NCBI GenBank assembly: GCA_963850695.1
Contig: CAWKMJ010000002.1
Coordinates: 78,810-142,809 of the forward strand
DNA length: 64,000 nucleotides
Direction: 5' to 3'
Source of the DNA: an uncultured Actinomycetes bacterium
GTDB taxonomy: Bacteria > Actinomycetota > Coriobacteriia > Anaerosomatales > CAWKMJ01
Of this stretch, positions 46,977 to 56,539 are shown in pieces. The translations under genes were made by a program, and so were the position numbers. Under the pieces are notes generated by a model, which was given only the letters and a program-made list of their open reading frames with translations, ran no database searches and had not been told where the DNA came from. The number at the start of each line of letters is the position of its first letter. Within the stretch, counting starts at the first letter, position 1.

Positions 46977-49916
46977 ATGCGCATGGTCAGATTCGCCGTT
47001 TCGCTCGCCGTGGTCGTCGCGCTCGCGGCGACGATGACTCCGCTGGTCGCAGGTGGCGCCAAGGCGCAGAACAGCGTCGAGATCGAGCGTGTTTCACAGT
47101 CCGCCACACTCGACACGCGTCTCATCAGCTTGGAGGAGCGGGCCGACCTGGCGCGAAGCGAGGGCGAGCCGCTCCTGGCCGCCACCCCATCCGAGCCTTC
47201 CGACAGCCAGCCCGACTACGTGGCTGGCGAGGTACTTGTGAAGTACCGGGACCAGGACGCGCTCTCAGCCACCGTCCAGTCGCGCCTCCACGATCGCGCA
47301 GGTGGGACTCCTGGTGAGACGGTCGGCTCCGATGCCGACCGTACAGGTCGTGGAGCTCGACGGCGACGTCTCGGTCGAGGAAGGCGTCGACGCCTACGAG
47401 GCACAGCCCGAGGTCGAGTGGGCACAGCCCAACTACCTCTACGCACTCGCCGACACCACTCCTGGCGACACGATGTTCGGCTGGCTGGATGGCCAGCACA
47501 ACATCGGGCAGACCGGCGGCACCTCGGATGCCGACATCGACACCCCGGGGGCTTGGGACCTCGAGACAGGTGACGCGAGTGTGGTCGTCGCGGTCATCGA
47601 CACGGGAATCGACCCGACGCACCCCGACCTCGTCGGGCAACATCTGGTCGAACACCGGGGAGATCCCCGACAACAGCATCGACGACGACGTCAACGGCTA
47701 CGTGGACGACACGTACGGCTGGGACTTCGTCAACGACGACAACGCGCCGCATGGACGACCACAGCCACGGCACGCATGTCGCCGGGACGATAGGGGCTGT
47801 CGGCAACGACGGGCGTGGAGTGGCAGGCGTGGCATGGGACGTCTCGATCATGCCGATCAAGGCGCTTCGACCAGAACGGGAACAAGGCCAGTTCGGCGGC
47901 GCTCGTGGACGCTATCGACTACGCGAGCGACAACGGGGCGGACGTCATCAACGCGTCGTGGGGCGACTACGGACCGGTGGACACCGCGATCCGCAGCGCG
48001 ATCGCCTCGTCGCCAGCGCTGTTCGTGGCAGCAGCCGGGCAATCAACAGCCTGGCGAACAACGACGATGCACACCCGTTCTACCCGGCCGCCTACGACCT
48101 GGACAACATCATCGCTGTCGCCGCGACCGACAACAAGGACGCTCTCGCCAGCTTCTCGAACTACGGGGCGACGACAGTCGATGTGGCGGCTCCCGGCGTG
48201 GACATCCTCAGCACGGTGCCGCGCCTCGGCTACAGCGGGCAGTCGTTGGCCGATCCCGGCTGGGGAGACATCTTCTACGATCCGTTCCCCACCCAGGGTG
48301 GTTGGGCGACGACCGACTACAAGCACAAGCCATGGTCGCTGACCTCGACCAAGCCCGGCTCGTACTCCGGAGTGCCCGCGATCGCCAACAGGAACTACTC
48401 GGCGACCGAAGAGGCCTACCTCGACCTGAAGTACCCGGTAGACCTCTCTCAGTCCTCGGCTGCTGGCATCCTCTTCGACTTGGCGGCAAGCTTGGAGCCG
48501 GGATATGACTTCCTCGTCCCGATCGCTTCTGATGATGGAGGCAGTACCTGGGACCCGATCGAGAACGTCGCGTACACCGGAAGCACCGCGTCGGTGAAGC
48601 GGCTGGCCGACAACGATCGCTTCACGACAGCGGTCAAGATAGCGCGCGAGGGATACGACCCGGCCGGCAACAAGACGTGGCCCGGCGTCGACTCTGTGAT
48701 CATCGCGTCCGGCGATGACCGCGCGGCCGCAGACCCGCTGTCGGCTGCGGGGCTGTGCTGGGCCTACGACGCCCCGCTCTTCCTCGTCTCGGCATCGACG
48801 ACACCGGTCAAAGTGAAGGCCGCGATCAAGGAGATCGCAGCCCGCAACAGCGGCAAGGTGAACGTCATCATCGTCGGAGGCACGGTGAGCGTGCCCGACG
48901 CGCGCTACAGCGACCTCGCGAACTACGTGGGATGGAGCGAGCTTGCCAGACGACGCGTGGCGGGGTCGGACCGGTACTCCACGGCCGCAGCGATCGCTCG
49001 GGAGATGAGACGCGTGAAGGGCGCGACGGACAAGGTGCTCGTCGCCAACGGAGCCGACTCCACGAAGTTCTTCGACGCGCTCGCGCTCTCGCCGATCGCG
49101 GCACGCAACGGCTATCCGATCATCCCGGTGAGCGCCACGTCGGTTCCCTCGGCGAGCAGGTCGATACTGAGCGAGTTCGACCCGAGCGAGGTCATCATCG
49201 GCGGGGGACCGGCCACGGTGAAGTCGAGCGTCAAGAGCAGCATCAAGAGCATCACCGGCGTCACACCACAGCAGTGGTACGGACCCGATCGCTACTACAC
49301 CGCGACGACGATCGCGACGAAGTCGGTGTCCCGCGGATTCCTTTCGGATCAGGCGGTCGGGATCGCAGCCAAGCTGCCCGACGCGCTGACCGGTGGAAGC
49401 ATGATCGGCGCGCAGAACGGCGTGCTGCTCATCACACAGAGCGATCGGCTGACCGGGACGACGAGCGCCTGGGTGTCCTCGCACTCATCCAAGATCGGAT
49501 CGGCCTACGTCTTTGGTGGCACGAAGAGCGTGTACCCAGCCGTCCAGAATCGAGTGACAGGGCTCGTGGCGCTCTGGGTGACTGAGTACTTGAACCTGAA
49601 GGACTACATCGGCAAGGCGAGCGTCAAGATCGCGTTCGTGCTGGTCTCAGATGAGACGGACAACTACGACGGCGTCTTCATAGACGACGTCGAGATCGTC
49701 TCCTTCGGGGGCTACGGGCTCAACAACGGGACATCCATGGCGGCACCGCATGTGGCCGGAGTGGCGGCGCTGCTCAAGTCGCGCGACGCGAGTCTCGAGG
49801 CGACTGAGACCAAGCAGGTCATCATCGATACGGTCGACACGAAGTCGAGTCTTGCTGGAAAGGTGGAATCCGGCGGACGTGTGAATGCGAACAGCGCGGT
49901 GACTGCTGTACCCTAG
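46977..49916 (+). CDS. Secreted subtilisin-family (S8) serine protease with a nested jelly-roll plus 3x CWB2 insertion between the His/Asn region and the catalytic Ser; about five frame changes confined to 47290-48060
   Basis: Signal peptide MRMVRFAVSLAVVVALAATMTPLVAGGAKA. Inhibitor-I9-like propeptide YVAGEVLVKYRD...VEWAQPNYLY. Asp VVVAVIDTGID, His DDHSHGTHVAGTIG, DVINASWG, FSNYGATTVDVAAPG, then about 490 aa (SDDGGSTWDP..., three CWB2 units, ...YDGVFIDDVEIV) before Ser NNGTSMAAPHVAGVAALL. Confidence 0.85.
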
Positions 49917-49955
49917 AGCGGAAGTCACCCGTGACGCGAGGGGGTAGATGGCAAA

Positions 49956-51648
49956 GTGAGACACGCAAAGCCGCTCGTGGCGTGCGTTCTGGCGGCGGCG
50001 CTGCTGCTGTCGATGCCGGTATCGATCGGTGCCGTGACGTGGCCGGATGGCTCCCCCAAGGTCAAGGTTGCGCGCGACCGTGTCTACGGCTCGGACCGCT
50101 ACGCAACCTCAGTCAAGATCGCGGCTGCGGCGTTTCCTGGTTGGGCAGGCGTCGACCACGTGATCATCGCCTCGGGCGAGGATCGTGCCGCGGCCGACCC
50201 GCTGACCGCTGCCTCTCTCTGCTGGGCGTATGACGCCCCGCTGCTGCTCACTCAGTCCAAGACCCTTCCCTCGTCGGTTCGCTCGACGCTCAAGGAGATC
50301 GCCGCGGTCAATCCCGGCGTCAAGGTGATCATCGTCGGCGGCGGAGTCTCGGTGCCGCGGTCGCTCGAGAAGGAGATCAAGTCCGCCATCGGGCCGAGCG
50401 GAGCAGTCGAGCGCCCATGGGCCTCAGGAGACCGCTTCTCGCTTGCGGCAGGTATCGCGTCGCGAGTGAGGCAGGTCGCTGCCGATACGAGCCGCACGAT
50501 ACCGAGCGCCGTGCTCGTGGCCAACGGTGCCGATGTCGATACGTTCTTCGACGCGCTCTCGGCCTCGGCCGTCTCGGCCAACACCGGCGTGCCGGTGCTG
50601 CTTGCAGGCCGAGATGAAGTGCCGGCGGTCACCGCCACGTACATCAAGGCGACGGCTCCCGCTGAGACCATTCTGGTGGGTGGCCCCACGACCATGTCCT
50701 GGGATGTCCAGCGCAAGCTCCCCGGGACCGAGCGTCTCCACGGCGCCGACCGCTACGCGACGTCTATCGCCGTGGCGGAGGCGGCCGATGCCCGCGGGTG
50801 GGCCGATCCGGCGACCACGTGTCTTGCCGGCGCGCTTCCCGATGCGGTCTCAGGAGCGATCCTCGCCGCCAAGAACAGCGGCCCTCTCGTCATCGTCCCC
50901 AAGGACACGCTGCGCGGTTCCATCGCGAACTACCTGGCCAGCGATTCGATCGGCGTGACGAAGGCCATCGTCCTCGGAGGCTCGGCAAGCGTGTCGAACG
51001 GGCTCTACGGTGAGCTCGGAGGCAACCCCGGCATCCCGCAGATCACCTCGTTCAAGAACGTGGCCACGAAGAGAGCTCCCATGAAGGCCAGGGCGGGCGT
51101 GAACACCACGACGCTCAAGCTCTACGTGGACGGCAAGTACGTCGCCACCAAGTCGGCCAAGCCCTACACCGAGGTGGACTTCGGCAAGGTCTGGCTCGCC
51201 AAGGACATGACCGAGGTCAAGATCGTCGCCAGCAACCCTGATGACGCGACATCGACGATGAAGCGCAAGGTGAAGCGGCTCGACTACCCGGCATCGACCA
51301 GCATCGTGATCGACAAGTCGGACTTCAAGCTCTACTGGATCAAGAACGATGTTCTCGTGAAGGCCTACCCGATCGCCCACGGGCGAGTCGGCGCCAGCAC
51401 GCCGGAGCGCACCTGGAAGATCGGCGCCAAGTACCACAGCAGCGGAGTGTACGGTCCGCGCAAGATGCGGCTGTTCGCCAAGTCCGGCTCTGGCTACACG
51501 TACTCGCGCCTACCTCATCCACGGCACGAACCAGGAGTGGGTCATCGGCACGCGCGCCTCGGCGGGTTGCATCCGCATGTACAACAAGGACGTACTCGAG
51601 CTGTTCCCGCAGGTACCGCTGGGTACACCGGTGGTGACGCGCCAGTAG
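49956..51648 (+). CDS. Secreted L,D-transpeptidase (YkuD domain) with N-terminal 3x CWB2 module and a middle beta-domain; one frame change near 51500
   Basis: GTG 49956. Signal peptide [23 protein letters not shown]2 units [12 protein letters not shown]...[14 protein letters not shown]...YDAPLLLT; [12 protein letters not shown]...[16 protein letters not shown]...VPVLLAG; [12 protein letters not shown]...[11 protein letters not shown]...GPLVIV. C-terminus [27 protein letters not shown]...[29 protein letters not shown]. Stop 51646..51648. Confidence 0.85.
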
Positions 51649-51776
51649 CCATGACCCCGGGGGTCGCTTTCCCCGTGATGACCTGAGTTACCATGGCACC
51701 TGGCCTCGCCGATACTGGAAGGCTGTCAACGGTGGTGAATCGTAGCAGTACGTCGCAGCAGTACCGCCTGAAGGCG

Positions 51777-53423
51777 ATGCGCATGTCCTTGGCGCTCGTT
51801 CTCGCTCTCCCCATCCTTCTCGCGCTCCCTGCTCTTGCGTGCGCAGAACCCATCAAGCCCGCGGCCCTGCGCATCACGATCGATCCCGGTCACGGTGGTG
51901 GCTACTCGGGAGCCGTCTACGGCGGCACCTCCGAGAAGGCGCTCAACCTCCAGATCGCCAAGAGGCTCGCCACCGAGCTCAAGCGTCGGGGTCACAGAGT
52001 CGACATGACGCGCTGGACCGACTCGTATGTCTACTCCGGCGGCACGGTGCCCACATGGCGCTGGGTCGACTCGCTCGATCGCTACAAGTACGACAGCTGG
52101 CCCGTGAACACCGCCACCGACCGGCTGCGCCGCGATCTCCAGTCGCGCTGCGATCGCGCCAACGCCAACGGGGCCGACCTCTTCGTCTCGATCCACAACA
52201 ACGCTGGCGGCAGCGCCTCCGGTGCCGAGACATACCGGGCGCCGCAGGACCCGCTCGGCCAGAGGTTCGCAAGCGATGTGCAGGCCGAGCTCATCTCGGA
52301 GACCGGTGCCCGCAGCAGAGGCGTGTTCGCCGAGAACTTCTACGTCATCCGCTGGTCGAACATGCCGGCCGTGCTCGTGGAGTGCGGCTTCATGTCCAAC
52401 TCCTCCGAGCTCTCCCGGCTGCGTTCGAGCTCGTATCAGGCGACGGTCGCCCGCGGCATCGCTGATGGCATCGACCGGTTCGCCAAACGCGAGTTCGACG
52501 AGTCCTTCGACCGGATATGGGGTGCCGATCGCTACTCCACAGCTGCTCAAGTGGCGCGCTCGGGCTGGGCTACGCCGACCGTCGCGTTCTTGTCCTCTGG
52601 GGAGACGTTCGCCGATAGCCTGGTCGCCGGTCCCTACGCGACTCAGCTCGACGCTCCGATCCTGCTCACGGCGGCTGGCCATCTCCCTGGGCCGACGGCG
52701 AGCGCGCTCAAGGATCTTGCGCCCGACCGAATCGTCGTCGTGGGGGGTCCGCGTTCGGTCCCCGACGCCATCGCACGCCAGGCAGCCCAGGCCGCCGGCA
52801 TCGATCCGGCCGCTCCGGGCGCGATCACGCGCTTTGGTGGGAGCACCCGCTACGACGTGGCGCTCGCCATCGCCGAGGAGATGGGGATCGCCGATGACGC
52901 ACCTGTCATCGTCGCATCCGGCGAGGTCTTCCCCGACGCGCTCAGCATCTCGGCATATGCGGCCGAGAACGCCCAGCCGATTCTGCTCGTGAGCTCGAAG
53001 AAGATGTCGGGGGGCATCCGCTCCTACATCTCGCGGGGCGAGCGCGACATGACCGTGGTGGGTGGCCCGGCCACCATCCCGGAGCAGGTGCTCGACGGTT
53101 TCGAGTACGAGCGTCTGGCCGGCTCCAATCGGTACTCGACGAACTGGGCCGTCTTCGCCAACAAGTACGAGGCCGAGGACCACGTCCGCCCGATGATCGC
53201 GTCGGCAGAAGTCTTCCCCGACGCACTGGTGCTCGGGCCGTATGCAGCCAAACAGGGACGCCCGATCATCCTCATGGGCAAGTCCGCCTGCTCCACGAGT
53301 CTCAGGCCCTGGGTCTACAACAACCGGGAGGCCGAGCTCGATGTGGACGTGGTCGGAGGCCCCGCGTCGGTGTCGGCCTATGTTTCACAGATGTTCGAGA
53401 AGTGGCGGATGAACCAGCACTAG
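51777..53423 (+). CDS. Secreted N-acetylmuramoyl-L-alanine amidase (Amidase_3) with C-terminal 3x CWB2 module (intact; LytC-like but with reversed domain order)
   Basis: ATG 51777/51783. Signal peptide MSLALVLALPILLALPALACA. ITIDPGHGGGYSGA, ALNLQIAKRL, DLFVSIHNNAGG, YVIRWSNMPAVLVECGFMSN. CWB2 units GADRYSTAAQVA...SSGETFADSLVAGP...APILLT; GSTRYDVALAIA...ASGEVFPDALSIS...QPILLV; GSNRYSTNWAVF...SAEVFPDALVLGP...RPIILM. Confidence 0.88.
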   Translation: MRMSLALVLALPILLALPALACAEPIKPAALRITIDPGHGGGYSGAVYGGTSEKALNLQIAKRLATELKRRGHRVDMTRWTDSYVYSGGTVPTWRWVDSLDRYKYDSWPVNTATDRLRRDLQSRCDRANANGADLFVSIHNNAGGSASGAETYRAPQDPLGQRFASDVQAELISETGARSRGVFAENFYVIRWSNMPAVLVECGFMSNSSELSRLRSSSYQATVARGIADGIDRFAKREFDESFDRIWGADRYSTAAQVARSGWATPTVAFLSSGETFADSLVAGPYATQLDAPILLTAAGHLPGPTASALKDLAPDRIVVVGGPRSVPDAIARQAAQAAGIDPAAPGAITRFGGSTRYDVALAIAEEMGIADDAPVIVASGEVFPDALSISAYAAENAQPILLVSSKKMSGGIRSYISRGERDMTVVGGPATIPEQVLDGFEYERLAGSNRYSTNWAVFANKYEAEDHVRPMIASAEVFPDALVLGPYAAKQGRPIILMGKSACSTSLRPWVYNNREAELDVDVVGGPASVSAYVSQMFEKWRMNQH

Positions 53424-53441
53424 GGAACCGCGCGACCCTCG

Positions 53442-54677
53442 CTACTCGATGACCGATTCGTAGACCTCGGCAACGCGCTCCGTCGTGCGTCCAAGATCGT
53501 ACTCTTCCGCTCGTGCTGCTCCCACCTCGATGAGCCGAGCGGCGAACTCGGGCTCGGTGAGGACTCGGGTGATCGCACGGCCGAGCGCTGCCACGTCCCC
53601 CGGATCCACGAGCTCGCCCGCGCCGCCGCGCAGCAGGTTGGGGATCCCGCCGATGCACGAGGCCACGACGGGCGTGCCGGATGCCAGTGCCTCGATGATC
53701 GAGCGCGGCTGACCCTCTCGCAGATGAGAGGGGAGCACGAAGACATCGGCCGAGGAGAGCGTGTCGACGACACCATCGGGTCCCAGGTCGCCGAGAAGCT
53801 CGCAGGATCCCGCGTCGAGCCCTGCTTCCCGCGCAAGCGATTCGACGTCGAGATCGACGACGGGGCCAGCCAGCACGAGATGGGCGTTGGGTACGCTGGC
53901 AAGGACGGACACCATGGCCCGTAGCAGGTCCTCGACGCCCTTGCCAGCAGCGATGCGCCCGATGTAGGCGACTGTGGCCGGGCTCGATCCCGTTGCTGCG
54001 GACCCGCGGCTCTCGACATCGGAGGTCGACCGCATCGCAGCGCCGAACCGCCCCAGATCCACGCCGTTGGGTATCACCGTGGGCTCGAGGCCGGGGACGC
54101 GCGCGGACAGCCCATCGGCGACATCCGTGCTCACCGCTATGACAGCGTCCATCTCGGCCAGGTTCTCGATCACCAAGTCGCCGAGTGCTTGTGGCGCGTC
54201 GTCGGCGAACGCGGAGAGGCTGTGCTGGGTCGCCACGCTCGGCAGCGAGGTGATGCCGGCCATGCGGCCGTAGAGCACGCGCATGTCGGGTTGGTGGTAG
54301 TGGACGACGTCGGGTCGGTGGCCCTGGACGGCTCGCGACAACCCGAGCACCTGGGCGAACGTGGGCCCGAACCGCTTGTCCTGCGCCTCGGCCAGCCCCA
54401 TGAGCGACCGCGTGCTGCTCACCAGGGAAGCGTTGCCAAGAGCCGCCATCGCCCCGCCGAGTGACTTCGACAGCGGTGTCGCCGAGTAGACATCGCCCCA
54501 CTCCTCGGCGATCGGCTCGTCGGTCGGAGGCATGTTGTCCGCGTAGACTGCGACGTCGTGGCCTGCCGAGGAGAGTCCCTCGGCGAGCTCGAGAACGTGG
54601 GTGGCGATACCGCCGGTGCTGCGTGAGCCCATGTGTCCGGGAAGCGGACCGACGATCAGGATGCGTCGCGCGCTCAC
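53442..54677 (-). CDS. GT4-family glycosyltransferase (intact 411 aa)
   Basis: MSARRILIVGPLPGHMGSRSTGGIATHVLELAEGL...; C-terminal LVLAGPV..., LPSHLREGQPRSIIEALASGTPVVAS (E-x7-E region). Lies 7 nt downstream of wzx on the same strand. Confidence 0.85.
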   Translation of the reverse strand: MSARRILIVGPLPGHMGSRSTGGIATHVLELAEGLSSAGHDVAVYADNMPPTDEPIAEEWGDVYSATPLSKSLGGAMAALGNASLVSSTRSLMGLAEAQDKRFGPTFAQVLGLSRAVQGHRPDVVHYHQPDMRVLYGRMAGITSLPSVATQHSLSAFADDAPQALGDLVIENLAEMDAVIAVSTDVADGLSARVPGLEPTVIPNGVDLGRFGAAMRSTSDVESRGSAATGSSPATVAYIGRIAAGKGVEDLLRAMVSVLASVPNAHLVLAGPVVDLDVESLAREAGLDAGSCELLGDLGPDGVVDTLSSADVFVLPSHLREGQPRSIIEALASGTPVVASCIGGIPNLLRGGAGELVDPGDVAALGRAITRVLTEPEFAARLIEVGAARAEEYDLGRTTERVAEVYESVIE

Positions 54678-54684
54678 GTGTGGA

Positions 54685-56352
54685 TCACTCCCCGGGTTGA
54701 GGCGGGTCGGACTCGGGCGGAAGCTCGGTCTCGCTCGGCTCCTCGGCGTGCTCGTCGCTGGCGGCGCGCGTGGGGTGCTTCATGCGGCGCGTGAGGCCCG
54801 CGACGATCTCGCGGGCGTAGTGCAGCTCGTCGCGACGGACTCCACCGAGCAGCAGCAGCGCGATGATGTAGACCGTCAGCCCGACGAAGACGGCTGCGAC
54901 GAGCAGCAGCATCGGGTGGGCGGTGACGTAGCTCGCCAGACTCAGCACGGCGGCCATGATGAGCGAGGCGGCCGTGATGCGCAGCAGCGCGTTCCACGGG
55001 ACGAGCCAGGGCATGTAGGCGCGGCTCCTGAACCAGGTGAGGGCCAGGAGCAGGAAGTAGGAGAGCACAGTCGTCACACCGGCGGCGGCGTACCCGTACT
55101 CGGGGATCAGCACGGCGTTCGCCCCGATGTTGAAGGCCGCTGCAAGCAGCGTGTTCTGCATGATGATCTGCGACTTCTTGTGAAGCCCGAGGCCGGTGCC
55201 TGCCAGCTGCGCGAACCCGGAGAACATGGCGGCGGCGGCCACGAACGGCAGCACGACCGCTGCGGGCCAGTACTCGGACGCGGTGAACGCTCGCATGAAG
55301 AGCCCGGATGTGGCAGCCATGCCGGCCAGCAGCGGGAAGGTCACCATCGCCGCGTAGCGCGTGAACTGCGACTGGACCTTCTCGGCCATCGCTTGAGTGC
55401 GCTTCTCGTAGGTCTCCATGAGCACGGGCGTCATCGTCATGATGAGCGGGAGCGTGACGAGCTGCATGAGCTTCTCGCCGAGTCCATAGGCCACCGAGTA
55501 GAGGCCGACCTCGGTCGCTCCGCGGAAGAACTGGATCATGTATCGGTCAGCCAGCACGAGCACCCAGGAAGAGACGCCCACAGGGATGAGCGGGACTCCG
55601 TAGGAGAGGAACTCGCCAAGCAGCGGACGGCTGTAGTTGCCGGGCGTGAGCGAGCCCTCACGGCTCACAGCTCGGAGCCCAAGCGGCAGCAGCACCAGGT
55701 TGCCGATGGCCACGCCGAGCAGGATGCCGAGCGATCCCATCTCCATCGGCCACACGAAGATGATCGAGAGGGTGGTCGTGAGCACGGTGTTGGCCACGGA
55801 CAGCTTGGCGAACGAGGAAGCGCGGTTGGCCGCGCGCAGCACCTGCAGCAACAGGCTCATGATGTAGTGGAAGAAGAAGTAGGCGATGCCGGCGGGCACG
55901 AGGCGGGCAAGCCCCTCCTCGATCTGGCCTTGGAGCAGCAGCGCACCGGCTGCAACGAGCACGCCTGCGCCCGTCAGCGCGACCAGCGCGCTCCACAGCA
56001 CCGTCGAGATGTACTCGTTGGTGCGCCCCTCCCTCTCGGTCGCCCAGTAGAAGCGCACCGCCGAAGAGGACAGCCATGCCGTGACGATGCTTGCCACGAA
56101 CGTGGCCGCCGAGGTGACGAGGTAGAAGTAGCCGTAGTCCTCCGCGCCGATCAGGCGCGTGAACAGCGGCACGGTGATCAGCGATGTGAGCGCCGGGATG
56201 AACCGGACGGGGAAGTACTTCAGGGCGTCGGAACCCGCGCCTCGAAGGATTCGTTTGAGGATGCTCTCGCCGAGGTCGCCGTCGTCAGCGCCCCTCTCGG
56301 CAGGTCTCTCCTCCTCGTGCCCCTGCTGTCCGGATGAACTCTCGGCCGCCAT
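54685..56352 (-). CDS. MOP-superfamily polysaccharide flippase (Wzx-like), intact 555 aa
   Basis: Acidic N-terminus, then about 14 hydrophobic segments (FIPALTSLITVPLFTRLIGAEDYGYFYLV ...). Typical oligosaccharide-flippase length and topology. Confidence 0.8.
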   Translation of the reverse strand: MAAESSSGQQGHEEERPAERGADDGDLGESILKRILRGAGSDALKYFPVRFIPALTSLITVPLFTRLIGAEDYGYFYLVTSAATFVASIVTAWLSSSAVRFYWATEREGRTNEYISTVLWSALVALTGAGVLVAAGALLLQGQIEEGLARLVPAGIAYFFFHYIMSLLLQVLRAANRASSFAKLSVANTVLTTTLSIIFVWPMEMGSLGILLGVAIGNLVLLPLGLRAVSREGSLTPGNYSRPLLGEFLSYGVPLIPVGVSSWVLVLADRYMIQFFRGATEVGLYSVAYGLGEKLMQLVTLPLIMTMTPVLMETYEKRTQAMAEKVQSQFTRYAAMVTFPLLAGMAATSGLFMRAFTASEYWPAAVVLPFVAAAAMFSGFAQLAGTGLGLHKKSQIIMQNTLLAAAFNIGANAVLIPEYGYAAAGVTTVLSYFLLLALTWFRSRAYMPWLVPWNALLRITAASLIMAAVLSLASYVTAHPMLLLVAAVFVGLTVYIIALLLLGGVRRDELHYAREIVAGLTRRMKHPTRAASDEHAEEPSETELPPESDPPQPGE

Positions 56353-56471
56353 GGACCTCCTCAGTCTCGGCGCACCGCGTCGGAAGCTATTCTATTATGG
56401 TCGTTCGTGGGCGGTCGCGTCTCGTTCGCGCTGTTGCCGAGATGACACGCGGCTGCAACCTGCGACGACGT

Positions 56472-56486
56472 ACACTGTTCCAGTGT
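56472..56486. promoter_or_regulatory. Inverted repeat ACACTG-TTC-CAGTGT in the divergent wzx / GT4 intergenic region (candidate operator)
   Basis: Perfect 6-bp arms read directly, inside the 187-bp divergent region 56353..56539, which also has an AT-rich TATTAT at about 56389. Confidence 0.3.
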
Positions 56487-56539
56487 TGCGAGAGCGCGCC
56501 TTGCCGATGCGGGCGCTCGGGAACGTAGAGAGGCTCTTC

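Noticed and set aside
54601-56337. 578-aa plus-strand ORF overlapping the whole flippase gene.
   Set aside because: It is antisense to a convincing 14-TM Wzx-like protein. Its translation is highly charged low-complexity sequence (runs of R, D, E, G, H).
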